This document shows positions 25,228 to 37,079 of a DNA stretch of 64,000 nucleotides, in pieces. Location of the stretch: NCBI RefSeq assembly GCF_009914755.1, contig NC_060934.1, one strand, 5' to 3'. The DNA comes from the human T2T-CHM13v2.0 reference genome, Homo sapiens. A program made the position numbers and the translations under genes. The first letter of the stretch is position 1. Every line of letters begins with the position of its first letter. The notes beneath the pieces are model-generated. The model was not told the DNA's origin. It worked only from the letters and a program-made list of their open reading frames with translations, and ran no database searches.

Positions 25228-26949
25228 TCAAGAGAAATCACTTCAGTATGTCTAATTATACTGATGGTTGTTAAGATCTTGCTCTCAACCATTTGATCCA
25301 ATAAATTTTATATTTAGCAGGTTTTTAAGATCTTGTACTCTGATCTAATAAATTTTATATTTAGCAGGAGGTAGTTATTTCTTAATAGAAAATTTATACA
25401 AAAAAAAGTCAAGGCATGGTATCTGTAAATGCAGTTAGGTTAAATTAAGTGAGAGATTATGTTACAAATAGGTCAGGTACCCAGGAATACCTGAATCTTG
25501 CTCTCAGTACATTTTCCTTGTTTAAGGTCCCTAAGAGAAATGCGTGACCAGAAAATGACACAAAGAACACTGCATATTTTTTGGGCCTAGATCTAACCAT
25601 AATGAGCCAGGCTTTTCAGTGCAGGCCACAGAGGGAAGTGGACACTCTCTGCTTAGGCTAAAGAATCCTACAGAATCTAGAAAGGCTTGTTTAGTATAAT
25701 TCCACTGCACAGCCCATAGTTGAGTCACAGGCCTCATGACTACAACAAGGGAAAAACACATTAGCCAACAAGAAGCAAAAGACTCAATGGAGACTCAGAG
25801 TATCGGCCATAAGCCTTAGCCTTTCTCAAGTAAAGGTGCTTATTTTAATTAGTTATTTTGGAAGAGAGCTCATTCAGAATGAGGCAACAAAGAGAAAACC
25901 ACAAATGGCTGGGCTTTCCTTAAGAGAAGCAGCAACAGAAAGGCTGTCTTCTCCTGATTATTGGAAGGAATAATGTCCACAGGTGGTCCACTTCAAGAGA
26001 CCACACAGATCTTCACTTTCTTTGAAAGCTCCACCACTGGGATTATGGCCCAATACAATGTCCTAGAATCTAACCAATCCAGAAAAGCAGCCCGTAAGGA
26101 TTGAATGAGGTAGGCAATAGTAACTGTAGTTCCCTTGGCCAACTGTGTGCTTTATTTTTTTTCTAGTTGTTCCTACACATAGCTAGTCAAATGAAAGGGG
26201 CTAAACACCATAACATGAGAGATACACCACTGCCATATCAATCAACAATTATTGACTTTGTATCTCCTCAACTCATCACCAGTGCATAGAATGCCTATAT
26301 TCTCAGTGCTGGGCTACTTCTGCTGAAATGACCAAATAGAGAACTTGCAACTCTGACCCCAAATAATATTTTTCATATTTCCTTTCCCTTTGGCAGTAGA
26401 TACCTAATCACATCCACCAAGAAGGTTGCCTAATTATGAGCCACCATGTTGCAAGGTATTCAAGGTCATGCATTACTTAAAATTTGCATAAAGTAATGAG
26501 ACATAGGAACTCTAAGAAAAGTTTAGATTTGGGTTTCATTAAGGGTATTTTATTTGCTACATATAAACTCTAAGAAACTATAAAGACAAAAAAGCTAAAA
26601 TTGTATGTATTTTTTTTTTATCACAACTGGATAGACCAAAATGCAAATTTGTCTTCTTGCTAGGGTATTTTTCAAGGAGTAACATTTCCCCAAGCCAAAT
26701 GCAGGAATGGAACTTACTGAAGGCCATTTAAAACCAAGGAACACTCCAGTGCCTTCAGTACCCTAGCAATGGTCCACAGCAATCCTTGCCTGTGAACTCC
26801 GATAATCCTCAGCTGGCCAACTCTATCACACCAATGTTCAAGCCAATCCTACACAATGCTAGCCATGGCTATAGGGAACACCCTTCACCCACAGGAAACT
26901 CTAGTATGATGCTACTTCTTGAGTCAGGCATCAAAAAACCTTATGAACA

Positions 26950-27365
26950 CTCTGGGTGACTCCTCACAAGCCAAGATGTTCTCTACATTCAGAATGATTC
27001 ACCTCATGTCACTCTTCCTAGCTCTCTTTGCTCTTTGGCCACAGTGAACCTCTAGTTTCTCAAAGAAAACCCCAAGTGCCTTTTTTCCCATACAATGGTA
27101 TATGTGCAGCCTATCCTGGTTTTCAACAAAGACACTTCCTGGGGCATGTCTTCATTGAATCCCCAGACCACCTTAAGTCCTGCTGTCGCAAGTCACCAAA
27201 GCTCATTTCTTCACTGCTATTGTGTACTTTCCATTCAATATTTGACTTCTGCACTAGACCACGGGTTCTATAAAAACCAGGGACCATGCCTGCCTTTATT
27301 ATTTCTTTACCCAAGGTGCCTAGCACAGGGTCAAGCACACAATATTTGTTTAATAGGTTTTTAAA
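26950..27365 (+). mobile_element. L2 3' end
   Basis: GCACTAGACCACGGGTTCTAT...CAGGGACCATG...GGTGCCTAGCACAGGG...CAATATTTGTT. Confidence 0.7.
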
Positions 27366-27909
27366 TTTATAAAAGAATTCATAATTAACCAGGAAAATAC
27401 AGTTCAGTAGAAAGTACATATGAGAGGGTGTGGAAACATGTTTTTGATTTCTGAAGACCTGCATCATGGATGGACAAAGGTCTATCCAATCTTAAGTCAG
27501 AAATAAAAAACATCCCATTAGTTGTAAATAACTCTCCAATCCGACCATCTCTGTGCAATCTCTACCTTGGAATCTAGCTAGAGTCTGTCAGGTAGATTCA
27601 AATCCATAAATGTATGTTATAAAAGAGCAGTGAACATAAAATAAAAAAACTTCAGCTCTCATATCTTAGCAGCATGACCTTGAGGAAGCCATCTGACCCC
27701 TCTGAATTTAGTTACCTATAAAAAGATAATAATGATTCCTGAGGTAGCATGAATGAAAGAATTTTCCAAATTAGAAAAGGCTGGGAATTGTTTTAATGCT
27801 GAAAACCTATCAGAATTTCAAATAAGAAAGTACACAATGTTAGAATTGGGGAACCTAGATGAGCTCCCCCTGAAACCCAGTGAGCAAATGCCAAGGCCAG
27901 AGAGTATGA

Positions 27910-28298
<389 letters not shown>

Positions 28299-30783
28299 GA
28301 TGCTGATTTTATTTAAATACATTCCATTCTATCAGATTGTCACAGGATAAAAATATTTTCCCCTACTCTCCATGAATTTGCTATGAAGTTCAATAGTGTA
28401 TAAAGGCCACTGAAGCACAAACACAAGCTAAATGAGTCCGAGCTTATGAGGAGGGATAGCCTTGTACTTGTAATTCAACCACTGCCTTCCTAGAGGCTAA
28501 ACTGACACACTTTAATATTAAGGGGAAAATGGCCCTATGAGGGAAACCTAAAAAGGCAGTTTTAGAGTACGCAGAAATGACCCAGTCCTGATGTACTCCA
28601 GGACATCTTACTACCAGTGGGAACCCTTGTAGCAGGACCCCACCCCAGGCTATGGCAGGTGGTACAGTAGAATGAAGAACACTAGATTTTACACTCTGCC
28701 AACATGTTTATCACTCATTATCCTCTCTGAGATTTTGAACAGTCACAGGCATGCATAAGAAAAGACACATGTAGGCAAAACAGGAAGGAGTTCCAATCCA
28801 GAGAAGGCACCACCGTGGGCCCAAGACAGCGCCACAGGGGGAGTAGCACAGACAGAGCTGGTGGCTGCAGTTGGGTGAGGCTGCTTCCAATCTGGGACTT
28901 CGAGGGACTAGGGGACCCTCACGGTGGGAGCAAAAAATCTGGTCAGGTGCTTTCAGCCACCATGGATCACCGGAGATCTAAAGCTGACCCCACAAAGTTG
29001 ACTTTCCTTGGTAAAAAACTTTTCAGAAACTTGTCACGAAAGAAGAGCTGCTGGTAAAAATTCAGAGGCCACCTCCTGTTAGCTGTTCTCCAGGTGCCGA
29101 GTGCAAGCTGAGCCAAGAGACCTGTGGATTCCTCTCATCAAAGTGTCTTGTGACAGGGTGCCCCTAAGCACAGGCTGTCACTGTTGGCTAAATGCCTCCT
29201 ATATTTCTCACCTCTCTCATGGAATCAGCCCACAAAAATGCCAAAGCCCACTAGAATCTGCTGGTGTCTCTGCCTTTGAAGAGATTAGTGTTTAACCCAG
29301 ACACTAATGATGTAGCTATTATTAAATACACAAAGTGAATGCAAATGGTGCACATTCATATATGTGTGAGCCACCCCAAGCACCCCAGAGAAATCCATTC
29401 TGCTGCCTGTATATTTGGTAGGAAAGAAACATCAGAGGAAGAAGCTGTTTAGCTTTCAGAGGCAAATCTTCTAATGATCATGGGAACTAAAATGTCAGTT
29501 TTGAAAAATGGAAATTTTGTTTGAGAAGCTCCTGTGGGGTCCCCTCAGTGTTTTGCCTATGGTTTCAGAAAGGGGGCCTTTATTGACATGCTGCAGAGAT
29601 TCTAGCAAAATCCAGCCAAGGTCCCCAAGTTTTTATAAATTCCCCTAATGAATCTCTAGGCTAAAGAGAACAGAATTCTATGAAATTCCCAAAGCAGGCT
29701 TAGGCCCAAAACATTGACTATCTCTTTAGATATAGAAATAAATCCAAATATCCCCTTGTGCTATACATACTTGTTATTTTTCTAGCTTGCCTAGGAGGAT
29801 TTATTCTTCTAAATTAGGTGATTTCAGCTTTGGGATACTTGCAAGAAGCTACTTTTGCTTGGCTGCTGCTTCAACCATAAGATGAAAGGAGACAGCCTTC
29901 TGAACTGCACACAGAGGCCTGTTTTGCTGTAAAGGTTCTGAGGCCCCATAAAAGGCTTGAATCGCAGATAATAAGAGAAGGTTATAGGTAGGAAAGGGCT
30001 GCAAGTTTCAGCACCTTGAACTCCCTTGTTCCAGTTTACTGACATACATCAATGAAAGGCATTTTGTACTCTCCAGCTTCTTGTTTTGATAGTCTCCATA
30101 TTATTTACCCCGCTTCTATTTTCAATATTCTCCACATTGGTCCCATAATCTCTCTAAAGTTGTACTCACTCACAGAAAAAAAATAAAAGAGAGAGACTAA
30201 GGGACCTAACAGATATATGCAGAATATTCACCCAACAGCAGCCAAGGCACATTCTCCTGAAGTGCACATGCAGCACTCTGGATAAGTCACTGTTCTGTGG
30301 GTCACAAAACAAGTCTTAGAAAATTTAGGAAGACTGAAACCATACCAATTATCCTTTCTGACTACAATTGAATGAAACTGGGAATCAATAGCAGAAGGAA
30401 AGCTGGAAAATTCACAAATACGTACAAAATAAACACACTCTTGAACAATCAATATGTCAAAAAAAAGGGAAATTAGAAAGTATCTTGAGACAAATGAAAA
30501 CAAAAACACAACATATCAAACCTTGTGAAATTAGGCAAACACAGTACTAAGAGGAAAGTTTATAGAGGTAAATATGTACATTAAAAAAGGAGCTCTCAAG
30601 CCAACAACCTAACTTTACACCTCAAGGAACTAGAAAATGAGGAACAAACTAAACCCAAAGTTAGCAGAAGGAGGGAAGTAAGAAAGATTAGCACAGAAAT
30701 AAATGAAATAAAGAATATATAAATGGAAAAATTCAATGAAATGAATTTCAAATCCAATAAATGGAAAAAATTCAATGAAACTA

Positions 30784-30785
<2 letters not shown>

Positions 30786-30820
<35 letters not shown>
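30786..30820. repeat. (TA)n microsatellite at an L1 tail
   Basis: About 17 TA units. Confidence 0.95.
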
Positions 30821-30821
<1 letters not shown>

Positions 30822-31591
30822 TTTAAGTTTTGGGATACACGTGCAGAAAGTGCAGGTTTGTTACATAGGTATATGCTTGCCATGGTGGTTTGCTGCACCC
30901 ATCAACCCATCATCTACATTAGGTATTTCTCCTAATGCTATTGCTTTCCTAGCCTCCTACCCTCCAACATGCCTGGTGTGTGATGTTCCACTCCCTTGTC
31001 CATCTGTTCTCATTTTTCAACTCCCACTTATGAATGAGAACATGTGGTGTTTGGTTTTCTGTTCCTGTGTTAGTTTGCTGAGAATGATGGTTTCCAGCTT
31101 CACTTATGTCCCTCCAAAGGACATGAACTCATCCTTTTCTATGGCTGCATAGTATTCCATGGTGTATATGTGCCACATTTTCTACTTTTTTTTTAGTTTT
31201 TATAATTTATTCTATTTATTTTTTATTTTTTTAAATTTTTTTTTGTGATCTTTCAAGCCTGCTTTTTCTTTTTTTCTTTTTTTTTTAAATTTTATTATTA
31301 TTACACTTTAAGTTTTCAGGTATGTGTGCACAACGTGCAGGTTTGTTACATATGTATGCATGTGCCATGTTGGTGTGCTGTACCCATTAACTCGTCATTT
31401 AGCATTAGGTATTTCTCCTAATGTTATCCCTTCCCTGGCCCCCCCACCCCCAACAGGCCCCTGTGTGTGATGTTCCCCCCCCTGTGTCCATGTGTTCTCA
31501 TTGTTCAACTCCCACCTATGAGTAAGAACATGCGGTGTTTGGTTTTCTGTCCTTGTGATAATTTGCTTAGAATGATGGTTTCCAGCTTCAT

Positions 31592-32077
31592 CTATGTCCC
31601 TGCAAAGGACATGAACTGATCCTTTTTTATGGCTGCATAGTATTCCATGGTGTATATGTGCCATATTTTCTTTGTCCAGCCTATCATTGATGGGCATTTG
31701 GGTTGGTTCCAAGTCTTTGCTATTGTGAATAGTGCTGCAATAAACATACGTGTGCATGTGTCTTTATAGTAGAATGAATTATAATCCTTTGGATATATAC
31801 CCAGTAATGGGATTGCTGGGTCAAATGGTATTTCTAGTTCTAAATCCTTGAGGAATTGCCACTCTGTCTTCCACAATGGTTGAACTAATTTACACTCCCA
31901 CCAACAGTGTAAAATCGTTCCTATTTCTCCACATCCTCTCCAGCATCTGTTGTTTCCTGACTTTTTAATGAGCACCATTCTAACTGGCATGAGATGGTAT
32001 CTCATTGTGGTTTTGATTTGCATTTCTCTAATGACCAGTGATGATAAGCTTTTTTTTGTTATGTTTATTGGCCTCAT
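31592..32077 (-). pseudogene. L1 ORF2p C-terminal cysteine-rich relic
   Basis: [27 protein letters not shown]...[14 protein letters not shown]. Confidence 0.9.
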
Positions 32078-32236
32078 AAATGTCTTCTTTTGAGAGGTGT
32101 CTGTTCATATCCTTTGCCCACTTTTTGATGTTGTTATTTTTATTTTCTTGTAAATTTGTTTAAGTTCCTTATAGATTCTGGATATTAGCCCTTTGTCAGA
32201 TGGATAGATTTCAAAAATGTTCTCCCACTCTGTAGG

Positions 32237-33330
32237 TTACCTGTTAACTCTGATGATAGTTTCTTTTGCTGTGCAGAAGCTCTTTAGTTTAATAAGATCC
32301 CATTTGTCCGTTTTGGCTTTTGTTGCCATTGCTTTTGGTGTTTCAGTCATGAAGTGTTTGACCGTGGCTATGTCCTGAATGGTATTGCCTGGGTTTTCTT
32401 CTAGGGTTTTTATGGTTTTAGGTCTTACGCTTAAGTCTTTAATCCATCTCGAGTTAATTTTTGTATAAGGTGTAAGGAAGGGGTCTAGTTTTAGTTTTCT
32501 GCATATGACTAGCCAGTTTTCCCAGCACCATTTATTAAATAGGGAATCCTTTCTCCATTGCTCGTTCTTGTCAGATTTGCCAAAAATCAGGTTGTTGTAG
32601 ACATGTGGCATTATTTCTGAGGCCTCTGTTCTGGTCCATTGGTCTATATACCTGTTTTGGTACCAGTACCATGTTGTTTTGGTTACTGTAGCCCTGTAGT
32701 ATAGTTTGAAATCAGGTAGCATGATGCCTCCAGCTTTGTCCTTTTTGCTTAGGATTGTCTTGGCTATACGGGCTCTTTTTTGGTTCCATATGAAATTTAA
32801 AGTAATTTTTTCTAATTCTGTGAAGAAAGTCAATGGTAGCTTCATGGGGATAGCATTGAATCTATAAATTACTCTGTGCAGTATGGCCATTTTCACAATA
32901 TTGATTCTTTCTATCCATGAGCATGGAATGTTTTTCCATTTGTTTGTGTTCTCTCTTATTTCCTTCAGCAGTGGTTTGTAGTTCTCCTTGAAGAGGTCCT
33001 TCACGTATGCTGTAAGTTGTAATCCTAGGTATTTTATTCTGTTTGTAGCAATTGTGAATGGGAGTTCACTCAAGATTTGACTCTCTGTTTGTCTATTATT
33101 GGTGTATAGGAATGCTTGTGGTTTTTGCACATTGATTTTGTATCCTGAGACTTTGCTGAAGTTGTTTATCAGCTTAAGGAGTTTTGGGGCTGAGATGATG
33201 GGGTTTTCTAAATATACAATTATATCATCTTCAAACGGAGATAATTTGACTTCCTCTTTTCCTTTTTGAATGCCTTTATTTCTTTCTCTTGCCTGATTGC
33301 CCTGGCCAGAACTTCCAATACTGTGTTGAA
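32237..33330 (-). pseudogene. L1 ORF2p relic (RT C-terminal part and downstream region)
   Basis: [20 protein letters not shown]...[13 protein letters not shown]...[15 protein letters not shown] matches L1 ORF2p; the FADD motif reads FEDD; truncated and frameshifted. Confidence 0.9.
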
Positions 33331-33702
33331 TAGGAGTGGTGAGAGAGGGCATCCTTGTCTTGTGCCACTTTTCAAAGGGAATGTTTTTGACAAAATTCAA
33401 CCACCATGATAAAAGCACTCAAAAAACAAGAATAGAAGATTATCTTAACATAATAAAGGCTACATAGGAAAAGCCTACAACCAACATCATACTTAAAAAT
33501 GAAAAACTGAAAATTTCCTCTCAGGTCAGGAACAAGGCAAGAATGTGCAGTTTCACCATTTTTGTTCAACATAATACTGGAAGTTCTAGCCACAACAATT
33601 AGATAAGATAAAGAAATAGAAGGTAACCCAATTAGAATGAAAGAAATAAAATTATCTCTGTTCTCAGATAATGTGATCCTATGTGTAGGAAACCCTGAAG
33701 AC

Positions 33703-33736
33703 CACACATACACAAACACACACACACACACACACA
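33703..33736. repeat. (CA)n microsatellite inside L1
   Basis: Directly visible. Confidence 0.9.
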
Positions 33737-36287
33737 ACAGACAACTGCTAGAACTAACAAATTCAGAAAAGTTGCACAACAAAATCAACATACAAACCAG
33801 TTGTGTTTCTAAACACTAACAAAAAAATTCTGAAAAAGAAAATAAGAAAACAATTCTATTTATGATAGCATCAATAAGAATAAGATATTTGAGAATAAAT
33901 TTAAGGAAGTGAAAGACTTGTATACTGAAAACTACAAAACATTGCTGAAATGAAGTCACAGATAAATGGAAAGACATTCATGTTCATGGATTAAAAGACA
34001 TAGTATTTCCAAAATTGTTATACTATTCCAGAGCAATCTACAAATTCAGTACAATCCCTATCAAAATCCTAATGTCATTTTTTTGCAGAAGTAGAAAAAC
34101 AATTCTAAATTTCATATGGAACCACAAAGGAACTTAAATAGCCAAAACATTTCTGAGAAAGAGGAATAAACCTCTAGGCCTCAAATTTCCTGGCTTTAGA
34201 ATATATTATAATGCTACCATAATCAAAATAGCATAAAGACAGACATATAAGCCAGTGGAACAGAATAGAAAACCCAGGGATTAACCCATTTATATATGAT
34301 CAAAGAATCTTTGGAAAAGATACCAAGACCACACAGAGGTAAAAGGATAGTCCATTCAACAAATGGTGTTGGGAAAACTGGTTATTAACAAGAAAAAGTT
34401 TAAAACTGGACCCTTCTTTACACCATGCAGAAAAACAACTCAAAATGGATTAAGATGTAACACCTGAAACATAAAATTCCTAAAAAAAATTTAAAATGGA
34501 GGAAAGCTTAATAATATTGATCTTGGCAATGATTTACTGAATTTGACACCAAAAGCACAGGCAACAGAAAAAAAAATAGACAAGTAGGACTACATTACTC
34601 TGTAAGATTTCTGTGCAGCAAAGAAACTATTAACAGATTGAAAAGGCAAGCTACAGAATGGAAGAAAATAAAATCAAAAAACACAAACAAAACACCTTGA
34701 TTTTAAAAATGGGCAAAGGACTTGAATAGACATTTTTCCAAAGAAGACTTACATGTGGGAGCAGGCATCACTAAGCATCAAGAAAATGCAAATCAAAATT
34801 AGACATTATCACCTCATACCTGTTAGGATGACCATCAGCAAAAAGCAAAAAGAGAGAGAGAGAATAAAATAGCAAGTGTTCACAAGAATGTGGAGAAACT
34901 GAAACCATTGCTGGTAGAAATGCAAAATGGTGCAGCTGCTGTGAAAAACAATATGGAGATTTCACAAAAAAAAATAAAAATAGAACTGCCGTATGATCCA
35001 GCAATTCCACTTCTGGGTATTTATTCAAAAGAACTGAAATCGAGATCTCAAGGAGATATTTGCACTCCCATGTTCATTGCAACATTATTTATAATAGCCA
35101 GGGGAAACAACCTAAATGTCCATTGATGGATGACTCAGTAAAGAAAGTGTGGTAAGATGGAATTCTATACAGAGTTAAAAAAATAAGAAAATCCTGCCAT
35201 ACGCAGCAACATGGATATTCCATGAGTAAAAGAAGCCAGTCTCAGAAGGAAAATATTGCATGCTATACAATGTGCATATAGTTAAGAATACTGTACTGTA
35301 CACTTAAAGTTTTAAGAGGGCAAATTTTATGTGATGTGTTTTTTATCAGAATAGATTTTTAAAAGAGATGCCAGAAGGCCACTGTTCAGTCTGGCATCCA
35401 GTGGGAAATACAAGACTCCCAGCCTTTACTGGCAATCAGGCTTGGTTAACTGAACAGCATTTAGAGAGTATAACAATTGTCCTGCTTTCCCAGCCCCACT
35501 CAATCAAAATGTTTGGTGTCTCCAATCATGCACTTGGCCCCACCCAGTGTCTGAGCCATTTGCAATCAGGGTAGAGGATCTTAGCCTCTCTCATGCTCAG
35601 GAGACTGGTGTTGCTGCCTGAGTTTCCTGTCTATAATGTCTGGCATGAGATCAAGGTACCTCTTTGTCCACTTACCTAAATCAACCTCTCCCACACTGTA
35701 TTTCCTGACTAATCCTCCACTGATTAAGATGCTAAAAGATACACTTGGATTTCTGATTTCAAAATTCGTGATTCAACAGACATGAAAGGCTGCTCTGCCT
35801 TGCATGAAAATAATAGGAAAATTAACTGAAGCAGAGCCACACAGAACATAACTAACAAACAACCATAAAGGAGCAAAGGGAAAGTCTTGGTGGATGAAAA
35901 AGTGAAGAATCATAGAAAAGAAAACGTCAACTGATTTGAAGAGAAAAGGAAAGATACAGCCCAGCATGACTGGCAGGACGTTTAGGAAAGTTGAATCACA
36001 AAAGTGAGAGCAGTACTGAGGGTCCTAACTTTCCAAAATGCCCCATACCCAGAGATGGAAACCAGTGAGGCACACAGAGCAGCATGGTAAGTGGAAGTGT
36101 TATCAGGCATGGTCCAGTCCTGTGCATCTCCTTTTCCTTCCTCCATTCTCCACAGGGGGTCTATTTCTGGGCTTGGGGACCCTGCTTTGAGGGTAGAGGG
36201 CAGACAAGCAGAATCCTGGAGAACTGCGGACACCTATAAGGACCAGAGCAAAAACCCATCTATATCAGTGCCAAAGATCTGGGGGGC

Positions 36288-36608
36288 TTTGTTTTGTTTT
36301 GTTTTGATTTTAGAGACAAAGTCATGCTCTGTCACCAAGGCTAGAGTACAGTGGCAAGATCATAGCTCACGGCAGCCTCACCCTTCTGGGCTTAAGTAAT
36401 CCTCCCACCCCAGCCTCTCCAGTGTAGCTAGGACTTACAGATACGCACCACCACATCTGGCTATTTTTATTATTATTATTATTTTTTTATAGAGACAGGG
36501 TCTTACTCTGTGGTCCAAGCCAGTCTCAAACTCCAGGTCTCAAGTGATCCTCTCACCTTGGCCTCCCAAAATATCAGGATTACAGTCATAAGCCACCATG
36601 CCCACCCC
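36288..36608 (-). mobile_element. AluJ
   Basis: Diverged dimer with J-type GATCATAGCTCAC and GACAGGGTCTTACTCTGT. Confidence 0.9.
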
Positions 36609-37079
36609 AAAGAATATTTTTAAATTCGCGTTGCTTGAGCACTGCGGTGTCCTTTCAGTTTGACAATCCATGCTATTTTACTACTCTCTTTTACAATGTT
36701 CTCCTCGCTCCTTCCTTTTCCTCTGGATTCATCTTCTATGTCTCGGCCTCTATTTCATTCTTTTTTTTTCTTCTCTTCCAAACTGCTGCCTCCTGAGAGA
36801 ATTTTTCTATCTAATCTAGCTCATTCATTTGTTGTCAGCTATGCCCAATTTGCTATTCTGCCCACATTTTTTGTTTTTCTTTTTGACCTAAATTTTATTT
36901 TAGCTCTCAAGAATGGGTTTCTTTTCATAAATGCCTATGAGGATTTTGCTAATATAAAGGAAGGAGAGGATAGACTTGTAATAAGCGAATGTGTCTGCCA
37001 TGGCATGTAGCAAATATGCAGCTTTATATCCTGCTTTGTTTTAATCCACATCACCCATAAATATTCTACAAAAATATGT

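Larger units (their letters stand above)
30821..33383 (-). mobile_element. 5'-truncated L1PA7-like element with a second, in-register L1 3' UTR inside it
   Basis: Primate L1 3' UTR occurs twice (30821-31183 and about 31290-31670); the ORF2 3' half follows to 33383. Confidence 0.92.
30175..35350 (+). mobile_element. Old L1 (L1MA/L1MB-like) ORF2 and 3' end, interrupted by an antisense L1PA
   Basis: EN-region motifs at 30200-30785; RT and C-terminal motifs at 33385-35100 ([30 protein letters not shown]); L1M-type 3' end. Confidence 0.85.

Noticed and set aside
32237-33418. 393-aa ORF as a functional gene or active reverse transcriptase
   Set aside because: It is a truncated L1 ORF2 fragment with an altered catalytic motif (FEDD) and an artefactual N-terminus read across an element junction.
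33384-35350. Plus-strand L1 as the twin-primed 5' inversion of the antisense L1PA
   Set aside because: It overlaps the same ORF2 region, runs to its own 3' end and is much more diverged, so it is the older host element.
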